From Octopus vulgaris (taxonomy: Eukaryota), in NCBI GenBank assembly GCA_951406725.2, contig OX597817.1, positions 7,874,001 to 7,938,000 of the forward strand: DNA of 64,000 bases, read 5' to 3'. The notes under the pieces were generated by a model that saw nothing but the letters and a program-made list of their open reading frames with translations, made no database searches and was not told the origin of the DNA. Shown here piece by piece: positions 1 to 15,845 of this stretch (positions are counted from its first letter, which is position 1; each line of letters starts with the position of its first letter). The translations under genes and the position numbers were made by a program.

Positions 1-309
1 TGGAGTAAACAAGCAGAAAACATTCAGATCAATAAAGATCACAGCGTTGTTTCATGTCTCTCAATGTCTCTTATCTGTAATTTATTTTCTAGAAATTTTC
101 ATTACTTTATTTTACTTTCATAATTTGTTGTTCTGATAGTATCCTTAATGCCTATTCTTCCATAATACACGTGCGCAAACAAACACACGCTCTCACACAT
201 GCACACACATACATGCACACACACACACGCAAACAAACACATACACATATAGATCGCACATACACACACTGTCTCATATAAATATACATTCCAACGTATA
301 TTCACAACA

Positions 310-3100
<2,791 letters not shown>

Positions 3101-3424
3101 TAAACATACGCACACATGTATACATATTTTATACAGATCCTTTGCTCTCCGAATGCAGCATTCATATCTTTCTTGATTATGTCAAAGGAAGTTGGTTGGT
3201 CTTTGATGTTGAAATATTTGTATAGTTGTCTCCTAGTGCTGGAATATTTTCAAGGATGACTGCGTCTGTGGCCCAGTTCTGTCTTTCCAACGAAAACCAC
3301 GTCATATTAAAATTGCCTTTAACAAAACAAAAAATACATGGTGAACCTCTTGGCGCTTTGTTGCTGTATATTGCAAAATAGCATTCAACTGGGTGAATGC
3401 ATATTAGACGACAAACACATAGAC

Positions 3425-3599
3425 CAGTCATGGACAAACAGCGGCTCCATGGGCATATACGGCCCATCGGCCTTTCTGAATAGCACCCCAATGAAAAATT
3501 CCCTTGATTTTCTTTTTTACTTGTGCGGCCCGCGTAATAATGATCTATGTGTCATGCTCACTTCAGGCTCACTTCTCAAAAAGAAGTTGCCCATGCCTG
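3425..3599. mobile_element. hAT (Charlie-like) MITE
   Basis: Imperfect TIRs CAGTCATGGACAA / CAGGCATGGGCAA (rc of the right end). 8-bp TSD acatagac (3417-3424) / atatagac (3600-3607). Internal GCGGCCC motifs. Confidence 0.75.
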
Positions 3600-4828
3600 A
3601 TATAGACCATGTTTTCAAGTAACTCAGTGTGTTTCATTTTGTGTTTCCTTCTCGTAATCTAACTTGGAAATAAATACTAGTATCTGAATGGATACAACAC
3701 GAGCTTTTTTAACCTCCTCTTCTGAATGCTTAAGCACTAATTTTGTGTTTGTTTGTCTTTTCTTTTTCTTTTTATTAAGATTGAATTATATGGGGGGAAA
3801 ACGTCTACGACGCTTTTCGGGATATTTAAGTCTCGTGGGTATACAGGAAACAGTTTTTTTTTTTTTTCTAGATAGAAAAATCTTGGTTTGCGTGCCTTTA
3901 AAGCGCAACCTCGCTAAGATAAACCAAAGATCAGATTACAGAGTTTCACTGGGTGATGTATTATGTATGTATATCACCCTCCGACGGATTTCCACTAAAT
4001 TTCACTCAAGAGTCATTAGTCATCCTAACGTTGTGGTAGACTATTCTTGCCCAACGATCCCTTGAGATCAAAGGCGAGTTACCGTCGTTATGAAGCAATC
4101 TCCTTGACCTAATTTCTTTCACCTGCTTACCGTCATGAATCAGGAACTTGTTTTATCTTCGAAGAGCCTCATTTGTTTATCAAAAGCATTTACATTACAT
4201 ATAAATTTCAGATTTTATATCAATTTTACAATAACAACTATTACAACAAAACGTTATAGTACATGATGAAAACAACCTCTTTGTCACGAACCAATGAGAT
4301 CTCCCTATACGCGATCGTTCCACTTGTAGAAATAGAAACCAAAATCTATCAGCATGGATGCAATCGGCTCACTGACACATCACTAATAGTAAAGAATAAA
4401 AGAATGCCTGTACACGATAGATTGAATCAAACACATCACTACATGCAACATCAAACTAAGTAGAAACTTTCTTATTTACGAAACTATTTCTATGAAAGCG
4501 TTATGGGTATAGATTTGTGAAAGGAGTCTTCACATTGTTGGAATCTCTTTATTTCAATAGACGGGTGTTAAACCGTTAGGGTCGATCAGTACAGTAATGC
4601 ATATGTAACATATTGCAGAAACTCAACTATTGGTGTACCAAGCTCACAAAAATATGTCTAGCATTCGGCTAACATCTAGTACTCGCGTTTTATGAATATA
4701 TTCGATTATGTTCTTCATGGTGACTATAAGTCATTTAAACCGTTTTACATTACAAGACAATGGAGCAAAAAGTTAAATATTTGCAGTTTTAGAAAATTCA
4801 AGTATGCTCTTTCATATACGGCGGGGAT

Positions 4829-4973
4829 GTATACATACACACACACACACATACATACATACATACATACATACATACATACATACATACATACATGCAT
4901 ACATACATATACATACATATATACATACAAACATACATACATACATACATACACACACACATACATACATACA

Positions 4974-5005
<32 letters not shown>

Positions 5006-5700
5006 CATACATATATACATACAAACATACATACATACATACATACATACATTCATACATACATACATACATGCATACATACATACATACATACATACAT
5101 ACATACATACATACATACATACATACATACATACATACATACACACATGCATGCATACATACATACATACATACATACATGCATGCATACATACATACAT
5201 ACATACACACACACATACATACATACATACATACATACGTACATACATACATACATACACACATACACACACACACATACATACATACATACATACACAC
5301 ACACACATACATACATACATACATACATACATACATACATACATACATACATACATACATACACACATACACACATACATACATACATACATACATACAT
5401 ACATACATACATACACACACACATACATACATACATACATACATACGTACATACATACATACATACACACATACACACACACACATACATACATACATAC
5501 ACACACACATACATACATACATACATACATACATACATACATGCATACATACATACATACATACACACATACACACACACATACATACACACATACATAC
5601 ACACACACATACATACACACATACATACATACATACATACATACATACATACATACATACATACATACATACATACATACATACATACATGTGCATGCAT
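4829..5700. repeat. Long (ACAT)n microsatellite with AC interruptions
   Basis: Seen directly. It produces the HTYI/MYVC pseudo-ORFs. Confidence 0.97.
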
Positions 5701-5867
5701 GTGTGTCATTATTCATTTTTATTTCAAGATTTCTTGCCAATAAAGAGCCGGTTTCTAACCTAAATCCAAGGCTCCTTCATTGGAATTTAAAGGTCAACAG
5801 GGTATTTTTGTATGTATGTATATGTGCAGATTTGTATGCTTTGTTTTATGTATGAATTCTTACGTAT

Positions 5868-6379
5868 ATACTAGCATATCTAGACAGGCTCATATATGTT
5901 TAAATGATAAACTTCTGGAAAGCTTTACAGATTTTTATAGTTCCACTGATGGATTGGATCTGTAGTCTTCGAATTAGCTTTCTCCTTTCTGGTTTCGTAC
6001 TTTCTGTTTTACTTTTCGAAAATAGTAAAATAGGAAAAAATTGCGGTGGGGAAGAAAAGTAAAATATTGAGAACGTGTTTAGGAAAAAAAAATAAAGGTG
6101 GGGACGCAAATGTCACTTCAGACATGCTAGAAACAACAGGTAAAGGACAGGATTTCTGGGATAACTTCCTTTTAAGTTTATATCGAGGATCAGGTTTTTA
6201 AATATGCTCATCACAAACACGGATTACAGAATAGAAAAAAGACCATATCAATTGGATTTGAGCTGTAATTTTGCGCGTGCGCACAGCAAGAAATAGGAAT
6301 TCGTACAGAAGTTGTGTGTGTATGTGTGTGTGTGTGTGTGTGTGCGCGCGTGCGTGCGTGTATGCGTGCGTATGGGTGC

Positions 6380-6433
<54 letters not shown>

Positions 6434-7360
6434 ATGCGTGTGTGCGTGCCAAAGGAAGTTATTTTTACATACCTTTCTTAATTCCAAAAGAAGAAAAACT
6501 TGAACAATACTTACAAAATTGGAGTTTATCTCTGATGGTGAAGCCACGAAGAAGTGTGTGCGAGTATTTGTAGGGTTGATGCACCCGAGAAACATGTATG
6601 AAAATGTACACATAACTATCGTTTTAAAATACTTTGTCTTTACAGACCATGTCTGGATTTATCAATATAATTGATAGCAAAGTGTGTAAAAAATTATATG
6701 AAATCCAGGTTTAGTCATACAACGATGAAGTTAGAGAAGTTATAACATGTTGATAACATAGTGTCTCCATATGTTATAATGGGAAACTGAAAAGGAAAGA
6801 TAATGTCAATCTATCTTTAGAAGAAAAATTGTATTGTTGATAGAAAGGCAGTACAAACAGATACTTATTGAAGGGCAAACTTATTGAAGTTTTAACATGT
6901 TGACAACGTAGTGTCTCCTTACATTATTATGAGAAATTGAAAGAGGGAGATAATTCTACTCTGTCACCCCTACATAGTTGTTGGTGGCTTAATAATCACG
7001 GGTGAAGTCCTATTTCGGAAGTATTGTCCAAGTTTGTCTTGTTTTGGAATGAAGGAAGGGTATGTAAAATAACTGTGATATTTCAGTAGAATGCTACAAA
7101 AGTAAAACATTAGAAGCAAATCGAAATATTGCCCGAAAATTACCTCAAAACTGTGCGACCCGACTTCGTTTTCGAGCTTATTTTAGTAGTAAAAAAGACT
7201 TTTTGTGACAAAAACACACTTTATTTGGTGGCCGAAAGATTACTTAATCTTTTGATACCCCATACGTCAAAATTGACGTCTTAGTGTTCGAATCCATAAG
7301 AAAAATACGCATGAACACGCACGCACGCGCGCGCGCAAACTCTGTTTTATTATAGAAGAT
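5868..7360 (+). mobile_element. Possible Helitron/Helentron-type non-autonomous element (HINE/DINE-like), degraded
   Basis: Starts atactagc and ends with a microsatellite plus tttattatagaagat. Contains an internal ~78-bp direct repeat (about 6737-6815 and 6887-6965). Confidence 0.35.
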
Positions 7361-7670
7361 ACATGTACACATCTCACGGTCATTGTTTTTAAAGATATAT
7401 TTCTAGAAAGAATATAATGTCATTTGATGCACATAATACTTAATCTAGTCTTTAGTAGACATGATTTGTGCAATTTTTAATGATTTAACCCATTTGGGTA
7501 TCATATTGATGATAAATGTCTGCACATATGATAAAACGGTCTAATGAGGCGTATCTGTTTGCTTGAAATGTCTGTGTGTATAGTCTGTGTACACATACAT
7601 ACGCACATATGTAAATACATGCACATATATACATACAAACACATACATACACGTACATACACACACACAG

Positions 7671-7702
<32 letters not shown>

Positions 7703-7758
7703 TTTTATATATGGTTATGTGTGCAAATAAATAATTCTTTTTATGTTTAATATTTCAG

Positions 7759-7850
7759 GAGTCAGCTGAGTTTGTCTGTGGGGGAGAGAGAACACACAGC
7801 AATTAGGAAAGAAAGTTCAATTTCTTCCGTTTATACCAAGGAATCAGAAG
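7759..7850 (+). CDS. KCNQ: Probable KCNQ internal exon (Ser-rich helix A-B linker: SQLSLSVGEREHTAIRKESSISSVYTKESE)
   Basis: T-rich acceptor ...tttaatatttcag|G and donor GAAG|gtcagt. The frame is open, and the phase-1 end (G) joins the phase-1 start (AA) of exon 18200 to give GAA. There is no recognisable homology, so support is splice signals plus phase only. Confidence 0.62.
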
Positions 7851-9427
7851 GTCAGTGAGTAATACACCAAAGTTTGTTTTGCTTTTGTTTTCTTGTGTGA
7901 TTCAACATAGAAGGTGGAGGAGGAGTGATGTATGTGTATCTGTGAGTATCTGTGAAACACGACGGTTCCAAGAATAGAAAACAATGTAAATATCGGTTCT
8001 TTGTTCATAGTAGTAGAATATGTGTTAAGTGGGAAGCAAGTATATGGCTGTGAAAGTGGTGAATGTACTAATGTTAGTGTAGACGGTTCTTTTTACAACA
8101 CAAAATTTTAGCACTCGTAATTATTAAGACTGTCAAATACTATACAAAGCACTATATTTTAATTGACAAATATGAGAAAATGTGGCATTCATTCGTTTAC
8201 TAATGACAAGAGAGGCGTGTAAACCTTATTAGCAACGTCATCATCATCGAGGAATCAACAAAAAAATAACAGCCAAATCTTTTTCCAGTTGCACGTTATT
8301 CTTTTTGTTTTTTAAAAAGACACATTTGGCAATGTAATCTCTGATGATAAAATGACGGATGATCATGACTGAAACACATTTTAATTGTACGTGTCTTAGA
8401 TCAGGACCGATTTAAGGATAAACATCATCATCATCGTCGTCATCATCATCATCATCGTCGTCGTCGTCGTCGTAACTCTCAATAGATTATGTTATATTTG
8501 GGACAGTGTTTTTACTTCAGTCAGACGTTGTATATTTGTTGTTCTACTTATTATTGTTACTGCTATTGCATTTATGGTTGTTATTATTATTATTGTTGTT
8601 GATGATGTTTAATCCATACCTGATATCCAAATTAATGAGGATTCTATGAGCGAAGAGAAATAATTTTGTTATAAACGAAAAAAAAAAGGAAATATAATTG
8701 GACTTTTAAGACCAAATTTTAAAAATCTTGTAAATTCGTTCGCCAATATAGAACCAGTATGAGTTGATAATTATATTATTGGTAGTCAATTCTAAACGCT
8801 CCAATAATTGAAGGATGTTCGTTATTTTTATGGAGACAGAAATGCTTGACTCGACATTGCGTGACAGCACTGTAATATTTCTGTTGCCAAGCACATGTAA
8901 ATTGTCCATTTGCGTCCATATCACCACCGTTTAGCAATGGCTGTTACTGATTCATAGTCAGAAGGCGAAACCAATCAATCATACTAAATTTCCTAGGGAA
9001 ACTGCAAGAGACACAACTTCCTACCTTCATCTTCCCTGGTCATCAGCCATCCTCAAGTTTTCCACCAATTTCATCACTGTTCATTACTTGATGCTGCTCA
9101 ACTATCTCCTACGTAGTCTTCCTACACATTTTTTACCGGATGTTTGTCTATGCGCAACGATATCACTCGTGGCAGAGTGTCACAACGTCGTGTTATATGA
9201 CTAAACCACTTGATTTCCCGCCTTTTGGTAATTAATAACAAAGTTTCATGATCCACAATCTCCGCATCAATTCTTCACCTAACACACACTTTATTTCAAT
9301 GTTCTAAAAATAGAATTTAGAGCATCTTTCAATAACAGTTCATTTCAAAGGCCAAACTCTTTTTTCCAGCATGCAACGTCTCCGACACGCAAACATAAAG
9401 TACGACTAGCCTAAAATATTATTACAG

Positions 9428-9838
9428 TTACTCTTTACTCTTTTACTCTTTTACTTGTTTCAGTCATTTGACTGCGGCCATGCTGGAGCACCGCCTTTAG
9501 TCGAGCAAATCGACCCCGGGACTTATTCTTTGTAAGCCCAGTACTTATTCTATCGGTCTCTTTTGCCGAACCGCTAAGTGACGGGGACGTAAACACACCA
9601 GCATCGGTTGTCAAGCAATGCTAGGGGGACAAACACAGACACACAAACATATACACACACATATATATATAAATATAGACATATATACGACAGGCTTCTT
9701 TCAGTTTCCGTCTACCAAATCCACTCACAAAGCATTGGTCGGCCCGGGGCTATAGCAGAAGACATTTGCCCAAGATGCCACGCAGTGGGACTGAACCCGG
9801 AACCATGTGGTTGGTTAGCAAGCTACTTACCACACAAC
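9428..9838 (-). mobile_element. tRNA-derived SINE, family A, with an adjacent inverted partial copy (9843-9927)
   Basis: Homologous to the + strand copy at 34251-34649. Has a B-box-like GGTTCAGTCCC and an (AAAAGAGT)n tail. Confidence 0.85.
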
Positions 9839-11558
9839 CCCTGCTTACCACACAACCACATGGTTCCGGCCAATGCCTTGTGAGTGGATTTGGTAGACGG
9901 AAACTGAAAGAAGCCTGTCATATATATGTATATATATATATATATGTGTATGTGTTTGTGTGCCTTTGTAAACTTTATTGTTATTTGTCTAAGCCGTATT
10001 TAATTTTCTTAATACACTGTAGCTGCCTTAATCGTGCATTTTACTTTTTAATAATCTCACATCATTCATTATTAAATATTTAGATTTATCAACTAGAGTC
10101 AGCGTCGTCCCTACAGTTTCAATGGATGACTACCTTCACTTTGTATTTACTAGATATTAATATGCTATTTTTTCCAGTATTTATTTCCGTGCCATATCTT
10201 CTAGCTAACAATATCAAGACGTATTGTTATATTTCTAAATACTTCATTTTCTCCTATTGAATATCATCGGCAAAATAACTTCCTAGTTGAATTTTTTTTT
10301 TTTTTTTAACTCGAGGGCTTCTGGCATTATATAGTCAAGAATCACATTGAAAAAGGTGAATGAAAGTTTACCCTTCTGTCTATTGTTTTAAACTGGTTAC
10401 TTGGTGAATTTTTCTAATCAAAAGCAGATGGTTTACAGGTTCATATAATGAATCACTTTTTCTTTTATAGTATTGGTCAATGGTTGCTATACTTTTCCTT
10501 AGAAGCTATAGTGCTCCATACCAGATAGGGTCAACAACTTTTTTAAAGTCAATGAAATTTTGGTTAAAGGTCTGATTGGTGTTCCAAGCGTCGTTCCGCT
10601 ATAATATTAAAGTTATAATTCTACTCAACAATATTTCTTCCCTTCTTAAAAACCAGATTTCATTAAGTACTCGTTTTTATTGTTTGCTTCATGAGAGCAA
10701 ATAAAACATAGCAAGGTCTTGCTTGGATGCCTAATTAAACTAATAGTGCTGTTTTTGTTTCTTTGTTTTTTGTTTCAGGATTTTCCTTCTTTGAAGTAGT
10801 TCACAATTGATTCTGTCCATTTATTATAAAACACTGTTACAGATTACACAAAATAACTCAGTGATATATTCACCTTCAATTCTGCATTTATGTTACCTAT
10901 TCCGGGTAATTTATTACTATTTTGTTTCATTGTTGCTTGTATGACTTCAGAAACGGTTACTAGTTCTTTCTGAATTTTAGCATAATTATCCTATCTTATC
11001 TTAACACGTTACTATCCATCTTCAGCAACGTGGTTGTAGAGTTCATTTGCTTTGGTAAATAAATCATATTTATCTTCAGCAACTTAAGATCTTTTGTATG
11101 CTATTTTAAAGATATTTATTCGATGATTTTTTTCTATCTCCTCTCACTTTTCGCCTTTTTTCCCCCATTTTCTATTATCCAAATTATATTCCATCTCTGA
11201 AGTTTCGTTTTATATTGTTTTTGTCTCAGATTTCTTCATTCATCAAAACTGACTGGAATATCTTTTTTATCCAGCGACTCTAAATGTTCTTCTTTTACCA
11301 AAAATTCTTTTACCAAGAATTCTTTTACCAAGAATTCTTTCTACTGTTGTTGTTTCTTCAAGGACCTCTATTAATTCTTTAAAAAATGCATCTAATGATA
11401 ATAAATATTTGAATTATCCCCCAACCTTTTCTCTGTTTTATAGTTTGCTCTTACGTTCGGCTGTTTGAATTTTTAAAGATCCTATTACGTTCCTGCATTT
11501 TAGTTCTCCTTCACTGATTGGCTCTTAATTTTTATTGCTATTATCAAAAATTTTGTAA

Positions 11559-11730
11559 GGCGACGAACTGGCAGAACTGTTAGCACACCGAGTAAAATAC
11601 CTCACAGTATTCCATCCGTCTTTACGTTCTGAGTTCAAATTCCTCCGAGGTCGACCTTGCCTTTTATCCTTCCGGAGTCAAAGTAATCGACTAGCCCCCT
11701 CCCCCAAAGCTTCAGGCCTTGTACTTATAG
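11559..11730 (+). mobile_element. tRNA-derived SINE, family B (Nin/Deu-domain-like core), internally deleted
   Basis: Head ggcgacgaactggcagaa, B-box GAGTTCAAATTCC, core GAGGTCGAC.TTGCCTTT.ATCCTT.CGG.GTC. Homologous to the copies at 21243 and 61211. Confidence 0.8.
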
Positions 11731-11731
11731 A

Positions 11732-12137
11732 ATACTTGCAGCTAAGCCCGGTTTCACCCGGTCTGTTTGGATGATATGGATGTGATCGTTTTCGGTTAAG
11801 TATAATCTATAACAGCGTTTGTCAACCTTATCATTTCGGGTCCCCTGTTTCGATTGGAGCTTCCAACTATATGAAAATTTCCTGACCCCCCACCCCGTCA
11901 AAAAACAGCTTCTAAGCAACTGATTGTTTTATTGGCAGAAAGAGGAAAATTCCATTACAAAAAGTTTTAATTGATTTTCTCGGTAAGTATAGGGGTTAGG
12001 AAAGAGATACAAACTGCATTCCAATCTACGCACCCGTCTCTACATGTGTGCCATTTTTCACGCGAATCCACCCGGCCGTTTGGCTGTGAACCTCAAGACA
12101 AGAAAGAATACAACGATCGCCCATGTCCAATTTATAT
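11732..12137 (+). mobile_element. Non-autonomous Helitron-like element (Lep1/HINE-like)
   Basis: 5' atacttgcagctaagCCCGGtttcaCCCGG. 3' tgtgccatttttca..cgaatcc...gccgttt...tttatat, the typical termini of these elements. Confidence 0.55.
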
Positions 12138-12138
12138 T

Positions 12139-12310
12139 TGCCGTTACGTTCTGAGTTCAACGTCTGCCGAGGTCGACTTTGCCTTTCATCCTTTCGGGGT
12201 CAATAAATTAAGTACCAGTTACACACTGGGGTCGATATAATCGTCTTAATCCGTTTGTCTGTCCTTCTTTGTCCCGTCTATGTTTAGCACCTTGTGGGCA
12301 ATAAAGAAAT
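12139..12310 (+). mobile_element. Headless family B SINE unit (184-bp type)
   Basis: Matches the repeated unit of the 21243 and 61211 copies. Confidence 0.8.
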
Positions 12311-12716
12311 ATATATTATAGATTATTAAAATTTTGTGAGCACAGCCAGTAAGTGACCCTGGAAACCTCACACATTTCGTAGCTGATCGATATCTTATGG
12401 GAATGAAAACAAAATCAATTTGGTTATTCTATATCCCTCCGGTCATTGTCGTGATATTGTTCTTGTCAGTTTCTTCTAATGAATTATTTTTGCTAAAATT
12501 AGTTTATGTTGATTTGCAAATTCTAATAATCTTACTCATTCTCCTGTTGCGTAGTTTTTCCCTCGCCGTATTTACCAATTGTTCTTTCCTAAGCGTCATG
12601 AGCATCTGATCCAATCTTTGCATTCCACTTACCTTAAAAACTGAGAATATATTTTATTTGTGTTTGTTTGCTGTACTCTTTTTTTCTCACTCTTTTCCTG
12701 TTTCGTTGTTGTTTGA

Positions 12717-12873
12717 GGGTCGGCCGAAATGAATATAGGAAAAAGAACTACCTTAAGGGTACACGTGTCTGTGGAGTGCTCAGCCACTTACACGTTAATT
12801 TCACGAGCAGGCTGTTCCGTTGATTCGGATCAACCGGAACTCTCGTCGTCGTAACCGACGGAGTGCTTCCACC
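12717..12873 (+). mobile_element. 5'-truncated SINE tail flanked by a long direct duplication
   Basis: A GC-rich insert lies between two copies of the same sequence (12553-~12716 and 12874-~13018). Confidence 0.6.
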
Positions 12874-13061
12874 AGTTTTTTCCTAGCCATATTTACCAAT
12901 TGTTCTTTCCTAAGCGTCATGAGCACCTGATCCAATCTTTGCATTCCACTTACCTTAAAAACTGAGAATATATTTGTGTTTGTGTTTGTTTGTTTTTTTT
13001 CTTTCACGAGTTGTTTGACGAAATAAATAGGAAAAATATAAGATAAAAATATGTAACTGTA

Positions 13062-13175
<114 letters not shown>

Positions 13176-13489
13176 TGTGTGTGTTGGGAGCTATCATGCA
13201 ACAACATCTCGTACTGATGAGTAAAAAACCCTTCATGAACAGAAAAACTGTTCGTCATTTGGTGATGACAAACAAGGATGATATCCATCTACGTTCAAAC
13301 TTATTTTCTTTTGTTCATTTTTATTCTTTTACTATTCTATTCTTTCATTGATATCAATCATTGGTCTGCAACCATACTCAAGCACTGCCTCCAAGAGATT
13401 CAATCGATCATAACGAACCCGCTACTATTTCTGATAGAAATTTATTTTATCAAAATCTTTTTATCGAATCGCTAAGTTTACAATACTGA

Positions 13490-13702
13490 CAATTAAAGAT
13501 GAACTAGACACACATTTCTATATTTAAGAGATGAGGAATTATGTGCATTATTTAAAATATTTGCATTATTTACATTCAACGGGTATTTGTCCTCATCTTG
13601 TTTGTTGTTAACACAATGTTTCGGCTGATATACCCTCCAGCCTTCTTTAGGCGTCTTGGGGGAATTTCAAACCTGGGTTCTCATTCCTAAGGTATTTTTC
13701 GA

Positions 13703-13799
<97 letters not shown>

Positions 13800-13958
13800 C
13801 AGGTCACTGCTTGGAATCGAACTCGGAACTTTGAGATTAGTAGCCTGTGCTCTTAACCACTACACCATATGCCTGTGGGCATATGGCGTAGTGGTTAAGA
13901 TGGCGGGCTACTAACCCCAAAATTCCGAGTTCGATTCCCAGCAGTGACCTGAACAATA

Positions 13959-13959
<1 letters not shown>
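13490..13959. mobile_element. Penelope-like terminal repeat with a degenerate hammerhead, (ATT)n(GTT)n, and a head-to-head tRNA-like palindrome
   Basis: Minus strand reads CTAAAGA-aggctg..cagcc-GAAAc (mutated CUGANGA core). Inverted arms 13792-13873 and 13878-13959 carry A-box TGGCGTAGTGG and B-box GAGTTCGATTCC. Confidence 0.65.
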
Positions 13960-14035
<76 letters not shown>

Positions 14036-14039
14036 TAAT

Positions 14040-15480
14040 GATCAGATACCAGACTTGCACGAAAAAGATGCGCACACATCAAATTCACTTTCTCTTACTC
14101 ACACAATATGCCCAGAGGCAAGATACCATCAGAACAACCGAGTTTGTGTAAGAATGCAGAAGATACACTTCACCGTATCATCTACTTTGGTTTGTTTCCA
14201 GAGCAAAAATAACATAGCTTCCAGCCTAACTTGATTGTATGGGACCATCTTCCCAGTTACCCCCATTAGCCTGCTGCCACTATCTTCGAATCTGAAGAGA
14301 TGAAAGCTGCTTATTCCTTCATGCTACTAACCAAGCACACTAACGTGCCTCATGTACACATTAGTGGATGAAAGGCCATTGACTTCACTATGCTCGTCTT
14401 GGAGAAATCAATTTTTAGATATGTCCTATTTTTCATCATGCAGGCTATTCAAAATTACTTTCTTCATCAAGCAAGTTTGACGTTGTTGCCTGTTTAGTTG
14501 CCGACGACACAGGTTTAAATTTGTAGCGCAGTGGTTTTCAACCAGGGTTCCGCGGAACCTTAGGGTTCTGCCAGTACAGTCCAGGGGTTCCGCAAGAAGT
14601 TACAAAACTGCTAAAATCGGCAGTAATTTTTAATTCTCCTGTGCAGATATGTGTGCATAAGACTATTAAATTATTGCACAGGGGTTCCTTGAGCCAGTGG
14701 AATGTTTCCTTAGGGTTCCGCTCCAGCAAAAATGTTGAAAAGCACTGTTGTAGCGGATTACATTTAAGCAAATCGAGATCTTTATCCTCCTTCTCATTAG
14801 GATTCTTCTATCTCGGGAAATAATGTTCCTGTGTGTGGTGGCTTTCTTCTCTGGGACAAACTTAATGCATATAACTCGCATTATAGACGTGAATTCATTG
14901 AATTTCACGTCAGTGTCTTGCATGGACAGATTTGAAGCCAGTTTTGTTGGAGTATCTCTTTGTTGATGAACTTCCAGTCAGCCTTGTAAAAGTTCAGGTT
15001 GGCTAGCGCTTGGGATCCAGCAGTGTTGTATGATTCTTTACTTAGCTTTGAGCCATATATTGACAGTTCTAGCATGTTATGGTCTGAGCGGGTAGACTGT
15101 GATATGTTTATGTTGTGGATAAAGTTTATATTGCTTGTGAAGCAAAGGTCCAGGATGGTTGGGGAAAGTATGGTCTGCTCCATAAACATCATTTTCGTGA
15201 GATCTACTATAGATTCTTCCTGGTTGCATTCTTTTCGTGTTAGTCTTGAGGTTATGACACTTTCGGGCCATCTAATGTTGCCGAAGTTGAAGACATTCCT
15301 CAAACTTGCCATCGTAGTTTGAAGTATCGGGTGGGCGGTATAATGAGAATATCACCACGCCAAGTTGCTTTAGGTGTACTATAAGTGTGTCACAGACCGC
15401 ATTCGAATGAGACAGCAGTATCAATGCGGTGACATCTTCACGGATGGACATCGCCTTTATGGAGCTTTATTCTTGCTGGA
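14040..15480 (-). mobile_element. CR1/L2-type LINE relic (AP endonuclease domain)
   Basis: Minus-strand translation gives VVIFSLYRPP...FNFGNIRW...MEQTILSPT-ILDLCFTS...SDHNML, the APE-type endonuclease motifs. Confidence 0.8.
14529..14747. mobile_element. hAT MITE (219 bp) nested in the LINE relic
   Basis: 14-bp TIRs CAGTGGTTTTCAAC / CAGTGCTTTTCAAC. Perfect 8-bp TSD TTGTAGCG at 14521-14528 and 14748-14755. Repeated GGGTTCC subterminal motifs. Confidence 0.92.
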
Positions 15481-15522
15481 TATTAATATCGTATTAATAA
15501 TATTTATATTTTCATGTATGTG

Positions 15523-15567
<45 letters not shown>

Positions 15568-15569
<2 letters not shown>

Positions 15570-15845
15570 AGGCGCAATGGCTCAGTGGTTAGGGCAGCGG
15601 ACTCACGGTCGTAGGATCGCGGTTTCGATTCCCAGACCGGGCGTTGTGAGTGTTTATTGAGCGAAAACACCTAAAAACCTCCACGAGGCTCCGGCAGGGG
15701 ATGGTGGGGATCCCTACTGTACTCTTTCTTCTGTTGGCCTGCTCACTTAGCCAGCGGGGTGGCATCATTCGAAGGCTAAAACAATTCGAACGCATTGTGA
15801 ACAGCGATGTGTAACTACATCCGATGGACTGGTCGGTCACGTGAT
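15568..15845 (+). mobile_element. tRNA-derived SINE, family C
   Basis: A-box TGGCTCAGTGG and B-box GGTTTCGATTCC. Ends ggtcacgtgat(TA)n. Homologous to the copies at 19066 and 22299. Confidence 0.88.

Larger units (their letters stand above)
8990..13020 (-). mobile_element. Old, fragmented RTE-clade LINE interrupted by younger SINE and Helitron-like insertions
   Basis: Minus-strand relic motifs occur in the expected order: endonuclease G(D)WNAKIG...TIGKYG (12560-12632), PG.GNINAEL, STISLIRHPSKTLL (~10712-10755), NFIDFKK..D (~10530-10560), and C-terminal AFEMNCY...KRR.IKWF.HITR (9190-9355). Confidence 0.7.

Noticed and set aside
12620-12650. Minus-strand ag|tttttaag|gtaagt micro-exon, duplicated at about 12945-12970
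   Set aside because: It lies in the RTE endonuclease relic (G-x-W-N-A-K) and no minus-strand gene is supported.
13878-13952. Possible tRNA gene
   Set aside because: It has A and B boxes but poor stems and is one arm of a repeat palindrome, so it is a SINE-like head.
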